This document shows, in pieces, positions 46,565-57,033 of a stretch of 64,000 nt of DNA (positions within the stretch are counted from its first letter, which is position 1; the number at the start of each line of letters is the position of its first letter). The DNA lies in the IMG/VR virus record IMGVR_UViG_3300009154_000046, positions 1 through 64,000 of that record. One strand, 5' to 3'. The notes below the pieces were generated by a model that had not been told where the DNA came from, searched no databases, and saw only the letters and a list, made by a program, of their open reading frames with translations. This stretch comes from an uncultured virus (IMG/VR IMGVR_UViG_3300009154_000046). Its lineage: Duplodnaviria; Heunggongvirae; Uroviricota; Caudoviricetes. Position numbers and translations under genes: made by a program.

Positions 46565-47161
46565 TTATTTTTTCTTTAATTTATAAATAAAAATATTTTT
46601 TGGCAACGTTTCCAATACTTTGACATTTGGGTCTTTTTGTTTATATCTACGATTGATTTCTACGCCATAAGGTCGGTCTAACATTGATAAAGTTCTTATA
46701 TGAAAACGTTTGCCATCAACTTCTAAAGTCTTTCCAACTCCAGTCACACCGAGATATTCAAAATTTGATGCTCTATATATAACTCCACTATGTCCTTGTT
46801 CCATATCTGCATAGGATAGTATAAACTCCCATTTGGAATTTTTCTTCAACCATTTAATTGTTCGTGATACAAAAAATGATTCTGCGTTTTTGGGCGTTGC
46901 ATCTATTAGACACAATCTACGAAGTTCCAATACCCTATCAGGTGCTTCGGGATAATAACTCTGCGCTGCCGTTGGTCCAGCTGGTCTTGTGTAAATACAC
47001 ACACCTACCATTTCTGGTATTCCAAAATTGCCTACTTTAAAAAGACAGAATGTATGTTTTGATTGGATGTTGACATAATCAGAATAATGCCATTTTTTGA
47101 GAAATTTTCTAACTGTATGATTGAATGTAGTTTCCTCAACCCAATAACCTTGTAATGCCAT
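46565..47161 (-). CDS. Mom-like DNA modification enzyme (GNAT fold)
   Basis: WHYS, ELRRL, KNAESFFVS, SYAD..QGHSGVIYRASNF.YLG. Confidence 0.75.
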   Translation of the reverse strand: MALQGYWVEETTFNHTVRKFLKKWHYSDYVNIQSKHTFCLFKVGNFGIPEMVGVCIYTRPAGPTAAQSYYPEAPDRVLELRRLCLIDATPKNAESFFVSRTIKWLKKNSKWEFILSYADMEQGHSGVIYRASNFEYLGVTGVGKTLEVDGKRFHIRTLSMLDRPYGVEINRRYKQKDPNVKVLETLPKNIFIYKLKKK

Positions 47162-47167
47162 AATTAA

Positions 47168-47199
47168 CAAATATACGAATAAAATCCGAATATTCCAAA
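47168..47199 (-). promoter_or_regulatory. Bacteroidota-type promoter
   Basis: TTTG-N20-TATATTTG. Confidence 0.85.
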
Positions 47200-47634
47200 T
47201 TAAATTAAAACCTTTAAGAGTTTTTTAAACGTTTCATCTATTGAATTTGTTGTATCCAAATCAACAAAGAATGAAATAGGAGGCTCATAGTTTTCAATTA
47301 TTGCCGTTTTATTTTTACTATTATGACAGTAGATTTCTTTAATATCGTATTCTGATTTATATTTTTCACGTAGATTTCTAATTGGTGATGTAGTCGAAAT
47401 TATAACATCACTACCGTTTAAATTTATATATTTACCAATATTGAAACACATTTGGTCAATATCGGCGTATTCAATTAGATTATATGTTTTTTTAATTTGC
47501 TCCTCGTCTATATGGAATACCGTCTTACGCCAATTACGTTTATCGGTTTGCAACCAAAATTGTAAACGTTTCGCCACAGTTGTCTTTCCACTAACTGGTT
47601 GACCAATGAGCCAGTAGATTTGCGAATTTTTCAT
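47200..47634 (-). CDS. APS-kinase-like P-loop protein (divergent)
   Basis: YWLIGQPVSGKTT, SP...R, YEPP. Confidence 0.6.
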   Translation of the reverse strand: MKNSQIYWLIGQPVSGKTTVAKRLQFWLQTDKRNWRKTVFHIDEEQIKKTYNLIEYADIDQMCFNIGKYINLNGSDVIISTTSPIRNLREKYKSEYDIKEIYCHNSKNKTAIIENYEPPISFFVDLDTTNSIDETFKKLLKVLI

Positions 47635-47654
47635 AACCTATCTTATTAAATTAA

Positions 47655-48512
47655 TTATTTTGTTTTTAATGATCGTACTGCTGCTTTATATACTGATGAA
47701 TTTTTATCATATCCCAATGCGGATGTTACTTTTATTTCACGACCCGTATCTGGGTTTTTAACTTTTCTATCTAATGCAGATTTTGGCACCATCGATTTTA
47801 GTTTAGTTACATCATTTTTAGATTTTGCACCTGTTTTATCAACCATAGCCGGCATAGCGGGCATTTCGTGTCTAACTGTTCTTACCTTTAATTTTATATC
47901 CGGATGTTGCTTTTTTAATGCATGTACTGCTGATACGTTTTTATGAGAGTCATCAATAAAGAATACATCATTATACCCTGTTTTTATTTTATCGGAAATC
48001 CAATCTGCTTTCTTTTGGGGATTGCCATCTGCTAATGCTATTACATATATACCATCTAGTCCAATATCTTTTAGGTATTGTTTAACAGGCTTATATGCGC
48101 CTCTTGCTGTAAGTATTACGGTCTTTCTATCTCCTTCTGCTGCATGTATTGTTCTTAATAATTTTGTTACACCTTTGATTTCCTGCGGTTGTTTCACCTT
48201 TTCAAAATCAGAGAAGTCAAACTTATCATCTTTTTTTGCATCGTATATTGCATATTGTCCTGGCGTTAATGTTGATTTCTTACCATCGCCATGCGTAACG
48301 TATATATGTGAGTCGGTGGTCACAAGTGTATCATCAAAATCAAACACACGTAGTTTCTTACCCTTTGGTAATTCATCTTCATTTATAGGCGCAGCAAATG
48401 CATTGAACATTGGGTCAGTATATACTTTGCCAAATTCAACTTGTCTACCATTCCAAACGCCCATTGTTGGTTTAGTTATAAATTCTTTTAATATATCTAC
48501 CAATCCTTTCAT
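47655..48512 (-). CDS. HAD-superfamily hydrolase
   Basis: VFDFDDTL, ILTAR, FIDDS motifs. Confidence 0.8.
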   Translation of the reverse strand: MKGLVDILKEFITKPTMGVWNGRQVEFGKVYTDPMFNAFAAPINEDELPKGKKLRVFDFDDTLVTTDSHIYVTHGDGKKSTLTPGQYAIYDAKKDDKFDFSDFEKVKQPQEIKGVTKLLRTIHAAEGDRKTVILTARGAYKPVKQYLKDIGLDGIYVIALADGNPQKKADWISDKIKTGYNDVFFIDDSHKNVSAVHALKKQHPDIKLKVRTVRHEMPAMPAMVDKTGAKSKNDVTKLKSMVPKSALDRKVKNPDTGREIKVTSALGYDKNSSVYKAAVRSLKTK

Positions 48513-49342
48513 TAGTTAAATTTGGTTTTAGTTAAATCCTTAATTCTTATTTTAATTTTTGGTGTGTAGCCATCAGGTAATTCGGTTCTAACACCAGTAA
48601 ATCCTTCAATTCTATCGCCAAAGTAGTTTAAAGTAAATATACGTTTTGTAAGATTAAGCTGCATTTGTGATGTAGTTTTCATCTTATCAGTATTTCTAGT
48701 CATATTATTTGGGTTGTCGTGTGAGTATTTGTTTTTTCTCAATGCTTCCAACTCCTTTGTCCAATCTTCTAATTGACCAATAGCTGCTCTTGCAGTTGCT
48801 CTACGAATTACTGAGCTTTTGTAATCAGGCCCTTCCGTATATCCGGCTTCAGGGTGAGATAAACCGTGATTTGTCCTTACATATATTTCCGATGGGTCTT
48901 GCTTTTTAATTATTGCCTTATGCTTTGATGTCATTTCAATAGTAATCAAATCATTAGGGTCTGCAAGGAATGTGTGTCCCTTAATGCCACCATCATATAA
49001 TACAACGGATTTAACTGCATCTTTTAATTTTTTCTGCCCTAGTGCGTAACGTATTCTTAGACCATCCTGCGATTTCTTTCCGGTCTTTGCTACTAATTGT
49101 TTTTCTTTCTCATCGAATCCAACCATTAACGCTGAATTGACAATGCCTATGCCATATTCATTCATACCCTCGCTCCAGTCGGTTGTTATATCATGTAGAT
49201 AGACAACTTCAACCTCATTTATAAAGGTATGTACTATCTCTATAAGTGGTTTATAAGCCCTGTCACGATTTTTAGCGAGTACCATATCGTTGCCAAATTT
49301 CTTTGAAACGATTATACATTCTTTTAATAGTTCTTTAGCCAT
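48512..49342 (-). CDS. Ntn-hydrolase-like protein (C45/choloylglycine hydrolase-like)
   Basis: Cys near the N-terminus, LAKNRDR, EGMNEYG, RTNH. Confidence 0.65.
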   Translation of the reverse strand: MAKELLKECIIVSKKFGNDMVLAKNRDRAYKPLIEIVHTFINEVEVVYLHDITTDWSEGMNEYGIGIVNSALMVGFDEKEKQLVAKTGKKSQDGLRIRYALGQKKLKDAVKSVVLYDGGIKGHTFLADPNDLITIEMTSKHKAIIKKQDPSEIYVRTNHGLSHPEAGYTEGPDYKSSVIRRATARAAIGQLEDWTKELEALRKNKYSHDNPNNMTRNTDKMKTTSQMQLNLTKRIFTLNYFGDRIEGFTGVRTELPDGYTPKIKIRIKDLTKTKFN

Positions 49343-49658
49343 TTAATATTTTCTTTGTTGTTTTAAGTCCTTTCTCTAATTTTTCATTTTCATCGGTAAG
49401 GAACTCAACTTTAACACGTAGTTCTGCTACTTGCGCCGTTAATTGTAATATTAAACTACGAAGTTCATCTTTCTCTTTTGCACTTGCTTCAAGTAGGGCT
49501 TCTAATTTAGAAATTCTATCACGACAATCGTGTCTGATGAAATCTTCATCCTTCTCTTTATGTGCGGCTCTTCTTTCATAATATCTCCATGCTGCGCCAC
49601 CACTTAACATTGTTATAGCAGTGATTATTATACTAGTTACATTACTATCTAATGCCAT
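49335..49658 (-). CDS. TM plus coiled-coil protein
   Basis: N-terminal TM, heptad repeat. Confidence 0.65.
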   Translation of the reverse strand: MALDSNVTSIIITAITMLSGGAAWRYYERRAAHKEKDEDFIRHDCRDRISKLEALLEASAKEKDELRSLILQLTAQVAELRVKVEFLTDENEKLEKGLKTTKKILNG

Positions 49659-49660
49659 AA

Positions 49661-50275
49661 TTATTTAGATTTTAATTGTCCTTTATTAGTTGGATCGTTA
49701 TAACCTGTATTTGCTTGGTTAATAAAATTTTGGGATTGCGATATATGGTCTTGTACCCACCCTGGTAAATCTATTTCAGTTGTTCCAATTTTACCTTTAA
49801 GTTCATTAGCGTTTTTAATTATATCATTAAGTAAATTCATAGCCATACTCACTTCATGATCATCACTTTCATATATATTATTTTCGCCTATTTGTGAAAG
49901 ATTGTATTTGTTACCATCCATGTCAAGATATTCATTATCCATAACTTTAAGGTTCAACTCCTTATTGCCATCTTGTGACATTAAATCGGCTTGATTATTA
50001 GTAGAATTTTTTACGCTCCACTTTCCCAAGTCTTTTCCGTTTCTAGTTACGGAAACTTGTACGCCTGGTCTTAGTAATTCGTTTATTTTATTTTTTTTTT
50101 CTTTTATTGCGTATTTTAGTAATTCTGTAAGTTTATTAAATACTTGCTCACCCTTACTTTCTCCAAGTCTATATGCTCCGCCTAACTTTTCATAAACTTT
50201 AATCTTATGGGATACTGGAATATTTTTCTCTTGTAGTTTTTCCCATATTTTAGGATTAGTTAATTCTAATTTCAT
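49661..50275 (-). CDS. hypothetical protein
   Basis: DHEVSMA, LPGWVQDHI motif. Confidence 0.65.
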   Translation of the reverse strand: MKLELTNPKIWEKLQEKNIPVSHKIKVYEKLGGAYRLGESKGEQVFNKLTELLKYAIKEKKNKINELLRPGVQVSVTRNGKDLGKWSVKNSTNNQADLMSQDGNKELNLKVMDNEYLDMDGNKYNLSQIGENNIYESDDHEVSMAMNLLNDIIKNANELKGKIGTTEIDLPGWVQDHISQSQNFINQANTGYNDPTNKGQLKSK

Positions 50276-50309
50276 ATTATATAATTATACCTCTATAAAT
50301 ATAAACATT

Positions 50310-51197
50310 TTATCTATTACTAAAATTATTTAGCTCTAAATTAAAATTTTGTTCTGCTATTCTTCTAAATTCTTCTTTTCTATTCTTTGATACTATAAAA
50401 GATTTAATGGTATTATTTGTTCTAGTTTTGTGCAACTCACCTGCTATAAGGTTTGATAATACTAATTGAGATACAATCTCACCACGTTGTTTCATTATCT
50501 GACAACAATACATAACAAATGTATCTTCAAGTCCATAATGTCCAAATGATTCTGGTACACCGGTTTTATCCAATATGGATTTTGATATTAAAGTAAACCA
50601 GCCACCCGCAAATTTGAATGTAGGAATTTCGTATATTTCAATTTCATCCGAACTCAATAGGGAGTCTTTTTGAATATTGGTTGTTTTATAGTAATCAGTT
50701 GGTGCGAAATGATAATTCTTATTAACAATAACATCCCAAGTATCATCCCATTGTTTTACAAATTCTGGAGTTACTACAACCATATCCAATCCATTGCCTT
50801 TTGCTAATTTGTATGTATCGGTTATATAATGTAGTGTTGTATCTTTGAAAAACATATCAGTATCTAGCCATATAAAGAAATCAGCATCTGGATTGTTTTC
50901 TAAACTATAGCGTCTTTGCGATACGCACCCCAATATATTGTTGGAATCGCATATCAACTCCCATTCACACCAATCCAAATACTTTTCAACCAATTCAATA
51001 GTCCTATCTTTAATATATTCTTTTGGCAACCGTGTCTTATTCCAATCAGTCAATTCATCCGAAAGGCACATCGTTATTTCAACTCTAAAATTAATACTAT
51101 CATCTAAAAATACTGAATTTCTTTTTAATCCGTTTAATGTTAATGCCAAATCTTCCAACTCTTGTGGTAGACAAAATATTGTTATAACTCCTTTCAT
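50310..51197 (-). CDS. GT-A fold glycosyltransferase
   Basis: WLDTD DxD motif, GHYGLEDT. Confidence 0.65.
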   Translation of the reverse strand: MKGVITIFCLPQELEDLALTLNGLKRNSVFLDDSINFRVEITMCLSDELTDWNKTRLPKEYIKDRTIELVEKYLDWCEWELICDSNNILGCVSQRRYSLENNPDADFFIWLDTDMFFKDTTLHYITDTYKLAKGNGLDMVVVTPEFVKQWDDTWDVIVNKNYHFAPTDYYKTTNIQKDSLLSSDEIEIYEIPTFKFAGGWFTLISKSILDKTGVPESFGHYGLEDTFVMYCCQIMKQRGEIVSQLVLSNLIAGELHKTRTNNTIKSFIVSKNRKEEFRRIAEQNFNLELNNFSNR

Positions 51198-51685
51198 ATT
51201 AAATCTTTTACTTTTATCATTTTACCAAAAATACTTAATTGGTTTTGTGCTATTATTGGTAGATTATCAGTCAATGCTAACAATTGCTCTTTATTAATCA
51301 TAAATTTATATTCATCCGATATATAAACTGATTCATTATTTTTAATTTTATTTTTTAAATAATTTAAAAATGTATTTGGATTACTACCCCACATAATGTT
51401 TCCTATTCGTATTATATTATAATTTTGAAAATTATCCTTTATGTAATCTTCCATTTGCTTTTTATGTTGTAAGTATTTACTTATTTCATATTTTTCGTTA
51501 TTATCAATTGCTATTGAACTGAAATAGAATATACATTTTGATTTATCTTGTTTAGATATCAAATCCAATTCTCTTTTAAATTCAGATTCAGTTGTTTCCG
51601 AGCTATTTGAAACTCCTGATGCGAAGAATATTATTCCATCTCTATCATTTAAAATTGATGCTATATCGCCTGTACCTACAATCAT
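51194..51685 (-). CDS. short NAD-dependent epimerase-like protein
   Basis: IVGTGDIA, FASGVSNS, YLQHK. Confidence 0.65.
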   Translation of the reverse strand: MIVGTGDIASILNDRDGIIFFASGVSNSSETTESEFKRELDLISKQDKSKCIFYFSSIAIDNNEKYEISKYLQHKKQMEDYIKDNFQNYNIIRIGNIMWGSNPNTFLNYLKNKIKNNESVYISDEYKFMINKEQLLALTDNLPIIAQNQLSIFGKMIKVKDLI

Positions 51686-51688
51686 AAC

Positions 51689-52540
51689 TTATTTATATTT
51701 AGCCTCTAATACCGATTTCCATTCAGGAACTCTATCGTATTGATGTATTAATGTAAATGGTATACCCGTGCTTGTTTTAACAATGTCGCCATCTAAATAT
51801 GGTTGTGGTTCTACTAAGTTATTCTTATTAATTGATACTACTTTGGCATCTACGGTTGTACCGGCTTGGCATGCCCAAGCTTCTTCGGAGTTTGTAAATC
51901 TTGTAACCGATTTATATACATCAAACGATAATAGAGTATTTAGTGCGGCTTGGTCTGGTGTTTCATTTGAGCTGCCTATACACATAAGATATATATTTAA
52001 AAATAATTCACTCATTATTTTCCATTCTCCACTTACAGTTCCACAATTATAAATTAAATTATCTTGACAACGTTCATATACAAAATCACCAAAGCTTTCA
52101 ATTAAATTATTTTTACCCCACTCTTCGTGTTTATACTTTAAGCTTTCAGATCCAACATTTATTTTTTTATCTCCTATGTTATTCTCAATCCAAATAGATG
52201 GATTTTGCTGAAATATTACATCGCGTGGGTCACAAGCTATTACATACCTCAAATCGCCATATTCTTCATTTAGAGATTGTAATGATTGATAATAATGCAA
52301 TTGCCTATCGCAAATTATTCTAAAATTATCTTTATATGTATACCATTGATTTACCTCATCACGGTTAAACCCAACAACTATCCAACCACGTTTACGCAAT
52401 TCATCAACGGTTGAAAATGGTACATTATAGACAATCATTACTTTATATCCGTCAAAGCCTGATTTTTCTAATGAATTAATAAATATTTCTATTTTATCAA
52501 ATGTATAATTTGTTATACAACCTAATACTACGTCTTTCAT
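51689..52540 (-). CDS. putative glycosyltransferase
   Basis: DPRDVIFQ.NP, DQAALN, HQYDR motifs. Confidence 0.7.
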   Translation of the reverse strand: MKDVVLGCITNYTFDKIEIFINSLEKSGFDGYKVMIVYNVPFSTVDELRKRGWIVVGFNRDEVNQWYTYKDNFRIICDRQLHYYQSLQSLNEEYGDLRYVIACDPRDVIFQQNPSIWIENNIGDKKINVGSESLKYKHEEWGKNNLIESFGDFVYERCQDNLIYNCGTVSGEWKIMSELFLNIYLMCIGSSNETPDQAALNTLLSFDVYKSVTRFTNSEEAWACQAGTTVDAKVVSINKNNLVEPQPYLDGDIVKTSTGIPFTLIHQYDRVPEWKSVLEAKYK

Positions 52541-52544
52541 AAAC

Positions 52545-53330
52545 TTATAATTTAATTATTGAGTGTTCTTTTAATCCACATACCATTTCGTATTCTTGTC
52601 CAAGATAATTTTTTCCGCCTAACCAATTTGGGTCTTCCCATGGCTGTGCTGTATATAAATTTTCAATAAGATCATAACCTCCAATCATCATCACAAATTG
52701 AACTATAAAATCCTGCCATCCAATTATTTTGTTAATACTTTTTAAAGTATCATAATCGTTCCAAAGTGGTTCTCTACATTTTTCCCAAGATTTTACAAAC
52801 TCATCTGGTTTAAAAATGCAACCACCACCAGCTCCATATGTGATTGCGCTGGCTAATCCTCCCAAATTATAAGAATACAACATAAATTCATTTGGTAAAT
52901 AATTAGGGCGATATGTTCCAGTTGCCGATGGTGCGGATGCATGTATTGCCATTGAAAAATCCGTATTTAATATAGATAATTCTTTTAAAAGATAATTATC
53001 TTCTTCTAGAATCATAATATACTTTGTAGTACATTTTTTACAAGCCTCATACAACCCACGTATCCATTCAAAAGTTTCTTCCCTAGTCCAACATGGTTTT
53101 CCAACTATTACATCGCCAAAATCACCACAATATCCTACTTGAAAATTATTAACTGTAAGTTCTGCTTTATATTTTTCTGCTACCTTTTTATAATTTTCAA
53201 CATCCCCATCATAATCTACATTTATAAAAATATCGGAATCTGGGTAATATTTTTTCAATGTTCCAATTGCCTTATCTCCTGCTTCATAATTCGTCCAAGC
53301 CCATATGTATGCGCTAATTATTTTTTCCAT
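52545..53330 (-). CDS. putative GT-A glycosyltransferase
   Basis: ATG 53330 preferred; MILEED, GWQD. Confidence 0.6.
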   Translation of the reverse strand: MEKIISAYIWAWTNYEAGDKAIGTLKKYYPDSDIFINVDYDGDVENYKKVAEKYKAELTVNNFQVGYCGDFGDVIVGKPCWTREETFEWIRGLYEACKKCTTKYIMILEEDNYLLKELSILNTDFSMAIHASAPSATGTYRPNYLPNEFMLYSYNLGGLASAITYGAGGGCIFKPDEFVKSWEKCREPLWNDYDTLKSINKIIGWQDFIVQFVMMIGGYDLIENLYTAQPWEDPNWLGGKNYLGQEYEMVCGLKEHSIIKL

Positions 53331-53340
53331 ATAATTTATT

Positions 53341-54057
53341 TTAAAATTTTTTACCATAATCATCACTACGCAATACTTTATATAAGTCATTTGCATACGG
53401 TGTTCTGCTATCATTTAGCCCTCCAATAAAACGGTCATCTAGCCATTGTACTTGCTCTTTGCCTACTCTATTAACGAGTGGAATATAAAAGTTATGCAAT
53501 CCTACATTAACGCCTCTTGGTGGCACTATTTTCATTTCTATAATGCAGTCAATCATAGTTTGTACCATAGAATGTGGAAATACAATGAATGTATCATTTA
53601 CTATTGGTAAATCGTGATACTCCGGTTCTCTCCATAAAAAATTACATTTTGTAAAATCGTAATTATAAATTTTAAATGGATTTTTTAAAAAGAACATATC
53701 AAACCTAGTAGAAACTACAACATCCAAATCTTCACCAATTAATTGATTTAAACTATTAATATAAGTTAGTGCCTGCATTTTGAATAAATCCGTTGGTAAA
53801 TCTATATTACCCATAAATTTATTATAATTCTCCTCTACAAATGTTGATTTTTTTATGTTTGGATACGCTTTTAAAATATCATTCTTTTTAATACTATCAT
53901 ATGTAAATATGTAAGTTGATAAATCGTGCCCATCTTCTATTAATGGTGTGATTATATTATTTGTAAATCCTTCCAATGAATCCACATAGTTTCTGTATCG
54001 TTCTACTATACTACCATCATTATAAGATACTCCGGTTAAATTAAGTCCTATTTTCAT
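53341..54057 (-). CDS. hypothetical protein, possible glycosyltransferase
   Basis: STRFD motif; cluster context. Confidence 0.5.
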   Translation of the reverse strand: MKIGLNLTGVSYNDGSIVERYRNYVDSLEGFTNNIITPLIEDGHDLSTYIFTYDSIKKNDILKAYPNIKKSTFVEENYNKFMGNIDLPTDLFKMQALTYINSLNQLIGEDLDVVVSTRFDMFFLKNPFKIYNYDFTKCNFLWREPEYHDLPIVNDTFIVFPHSMVQTMIDCIIEMKIVPPRGVNVGLHNFYIPLVNRVGKEQVQWLDDRFIGGLNDSRTPYANDLYKVLRSDDYGKKF

Positions 54058-54059
54058 TT

Positions 54060-55211
54060 TTAATTATTAATAATATTTGCTATTGTTTCAATTTCTAAAT
54101 TTGTTAAGTAATGATGATTTGGTATATAAAACCCATACTTATCAATTAAATTGGCATTATGTAAATCATTTGAATTTCCATTAACGTTATACCAAAATGG
54201 TTTATTCGCAATATTACCAGCTATTAGTGGTCTAACTTCCACATTTTCTAACATTAAGGATTTTATAATTTCATTTCTCTTATACGATACAATAGGATAT
54301 GCAAAATTTGATATAAAATCTTCATTTTTTACTCTTAAATTGAGTTCATTATTTTTAATCAAAGAATTATAATAGTTAAAATTTTTGTTTCTTAATAAAG
54401 AATACGAATCAAGTTTATCAATTGCCCTTAATCCTATAAAGGCTTGTAAATCGGTAGACCTCACATTTAAACCAGGAACGTAAAAGCAATACAATGATTC
54501 AAATTCATCAACATTGTATCGTTTTCTCAAATAATCTTGCTTAAATTTTGGTAAATCTCTATCCCAACCATGACTTCGCATCATTAATAACATATAATAA
54601 AATTCTTCATCATTTGTATTTATAAATCCGCCCTCTATTGTACTCAAATGATGTCCAAAATATGTTGAAAATACAGAAGCAAATCCAAATGCTCCTAAAT
54701 ATTTTTTATTATATTTTGACCCCATTGATTCACACACATCCTCTAATAAGATAACTTCATATTTTTCACATAAATTTATCAGCGAATCCATATCAGGAAC
54801 TAATCCTAATGGACATACTGATATAAAAACCGATGGTTTATGCTTTATAAATAATTCTTCTAAATGATTCAAATCGCATGATAAATCTTCCAAATTGCAA
54901 TCGCACAAATATGTTTTATAATCTAATAGCATTGGTGAACTGACATCAGTCGCCCAACTTAAAGCTGGAGCTATTATTACATTATTCTTTAAAATTTTAA
55001 ATTGCTTTAAAGCAGCAAGCATTAAAAGAATGGCAGAAGAGCCTGAATTTACAAATACGGAATATTTTGTTCCTATTTTTTCTGCCCACTTTTTTTCCAA
55101 TTCAACAGTTAAATTACCTTTTGTTAATCTAGGCATTTCATCGGCCGATAACCATTCAATTAATGCCGATATATCGTTTTTATCAATAGTATCACTAACT
55201 AGTTTTATCAT
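54060..55211 (-). CDS. colD: ColD-like GDP-4-keto-6-deoxy-mannose 3-dehydratase (DegT fold)
   Basis: VNSGSSA, EDVCESMG, STYFGHHLSTIEGG (His replacing the PLP Lys), MRSHGW. Confidence 0.7.
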   Translation of the reverse strand: MIKLVSDTIDKNDISALIEWLSADEMPRLTKGNLTVELEKKWAEKIGTKYSVFVNSGSSAILLMLAALKQFKILKNNVIIAPALSWATDVSSPMLLDYKTYLCDCNLEDLSCDLNHLEELFIKHKPSVFISVCPLGLVPDMDSLINLCEKYEVILLEDVCESMGSKYNKKYLGAFGFASVFSTYFGHHLSTIEGGFINTNDEEFYYMLLMMRSHGWDRDLPKFKQDYLRKRYNVDEFESLYCFYVPGLNVRSTDLQAFIGLRAIDKLDSYSLLRNKNFNYYNSLIKNNELNLRVKNEDFISNFAYPIVSYKRNEIIKSLMLENVEVRPLIAGNIANKPFWYNVNGNSNDLHNANLIDKYGFYIPNHHYLTNLEIETIANIINN

Positions 55212-55215
55212 AACA

Positions 55216-55247
55216 CAAATATATGAATAATTTTTTAAAATTCCAAA
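55216..55247 (-). promoter_or_regulatory. Bacteroidota-type promoter
   Basis: TTTG-N20-TATATTTG. Confidence 0.85.
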
Positions 55248-56146
55248 TTAATATTATTATATGTTTTTTTAATCCCATTAAATAAAGATAATGGATTAAA
55301 ATTTGGAATAACTTTTTTCAATAATTCTATTGATATATCTTTTTGATATTGCCCATCAGGTAAGTTTGTATCAAATTTTATTTCTAAATCATTCATATTG
55401 CAAGCTTCTAAAGCAATGTTAGCTATTTCTCTTATTGAAAGTATTTCATTTGTGGCAACGTTCATATTATCATATATTCCATTTTCCATACAATATTTTA
55501 TAACATATGCCAAATCATCCGCATGCATAAATTGTCTTAAAGGATTCCCTGTACCAAATAATATTATACTGCTCTGATTAGTTTTTTTAGCAATATAAAT
55601 TTTTTTAATGAGAGATGCTACAAAGTGACTGTTATCACCATACTTATCATATTCGCCATATAAATTGCAAGGTATGAGGTATTGATAATTTAAACCATAT
55701 TGCTTATTATATGCATCGGTTTGAACTGCTAAGCATCTTTTAGCATATGCGTATGAAAAATTAGTCGGAGTTGGTGGGCCGGAATGAAGTACACTTTCTG
55801 TCATTGGATACGAATCAACAATATCCGGATAAATACAACTACTTAATATTCCTATAAATCTTTCTATGCCAAATTCATATACAGACTCTAATAATAATGT
55901 ATTCATTAAAATATTTTCATTGAAATATTGAACTGGATATTTTATATTATCGAGTATACCCCCAACCTTTGCTGCTAAATGTATAACCATATCGGGCTCA
56001 TAACGATATAATAGATTATCAATTTCTTTCTTTGAAGTTAAATTACAATCTTTTGATGATAAATAAATTGCATCTGGTAAAATATTTTTTAAAGATTTAC
56101 CAACAAGGCCAGTTCCGCCTGTAACTAATATTTTTTTATATTGCAT
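55235..56146 (-). CDS. fcl: GDP-L-fucose synthase / ColC-like epimerase-reductase
   Basis: GGTGLVG, LAAKVGGI, SSCIYP, YAYAK, PCNLYG, GTGNPLRQF. Confidence 0.88.
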   Translation of the reverse strand: MQYKKILVTGGTGLVGKSLKNILPDAIYLSSKDCNLTSKKEIDNLLYRYEPDMVIHLAAKVGGILDNIKYPVQYFNENILMNTLLLESVYEFGIERFIGILSSCIYPDIVDSYPMTESVLHSGPPTPTNFSYAYAKRCLAVQTDAYNKQYGLNYQYLIPCNLYGEYDKYGDNSHFVASLIKKIYIAKKTNQSSIILFGTGNPLRQFMHADDLAYVIKYCMENGIYDNMNVATNEILSIREIANIALEACNMNDLEIKFDTNLPDGQYQKDISIELLKKVIPNFNPLSLFNGIKKTYNNINLEF

Positions 56147-56148
56147 AA

Positions 56149-57018
56149 TTATTTATTTCTAACGATATATCCATTTTCAAATCTAGTATCTATTACATTC
56201 CAATCGGGTTCATATATACTATCATATGGTGCTCCAGGCGTTTCACCACTCCATGTACCTGGACCCGATGGTCCGAACCATATACTTGGCGCATATGTAG
56301 ATTTATTTTTATTTTTATTTAAGAACTGAGCCCACCAGCTGTATGTTGAGTTTGATATAATATTAGTATTACACATACTCATTAGCCACATTTCTTCATA
56401 ATTCTCTAATCCAGAAACAATCCTCATATTTTTAAAATTCAATGTATTTGCGTATGCCTTATCATTTGAAAATATTAACAAATTATCGTATTCCCCAATA
56501 TTACTTATACATTCCTCAAAGTAAGAAATATCAGTAACAGGCAATATATGTGAAACATTAAAAAAATCACCTCTACGAATGTGCATTGATACTGTTTTTC
56601 GACTTTGAATTTCAGGATATAATATGTTTGCTTTTTCTATAAACTCATTTGTTGGTCCAAATGTATCTTTTATTTTTTCATCATATCCCAAAAAGTTTTT
56701 CCAGCTTTCAAAGTAACCCCTAAATAAAACTGTTTTTTCAAAATTTATATTTTGATTTATAAATTTATTATAATTGAAACTATCTTCTTCAAGTAAAACA
56801 TAATCACCTATATCATCTACAAATTTTAAATTTCTATAAACATTATTTATAAAATGCTGTGGCCACATATCGGGTTGATAACTATAAGATAGGTATAATT
56901 TAGTAGAAAACGCAGGCTCTATACCATATTTCCAACCTTGAGCACAAGCATGCGCTATTTGGAATAGTTGAGCTCCGAGGCCTCCACCTAAATTTGCTGT
57001 TGAGTATATTTCATTCAT
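56149..57018 (-). CDS. GT11 alpha-1,2-fucosyl/colitosyltransferase
   Basis: GGLGAQLFQ, GYFES, HIRRGD, NSTYSWWA. Confidence 0.85.
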   Translation of the reverse strand: MNEIYSTANLGGGLGAQLFQIAHACAQGWKYGIEPAFSTKLYLSYSYQPDMWPQHFINNVYRNLKFVDDIGDYVLLEEDSFNYNKFINQNINFEKTVLFRGYFESWKNFLGYDEKIKDTFGPTNEFIEKANILYPEIQSRKTVSMHIRRGDFFNVSHILPVTDISYFEECISNIGEYDNLLIFSNDKAYANTLNFKNMRIVSGLENYEEMWLMSMCNTNIISNSTYSWWAQFLNKNKNKSTYAPSIWFGPSGPGTWSGETPGAPYDSIYEPDWNVIDTRFENGYIVRNK

Positions 57019-57033
57019 TTTTATATATTTAAT

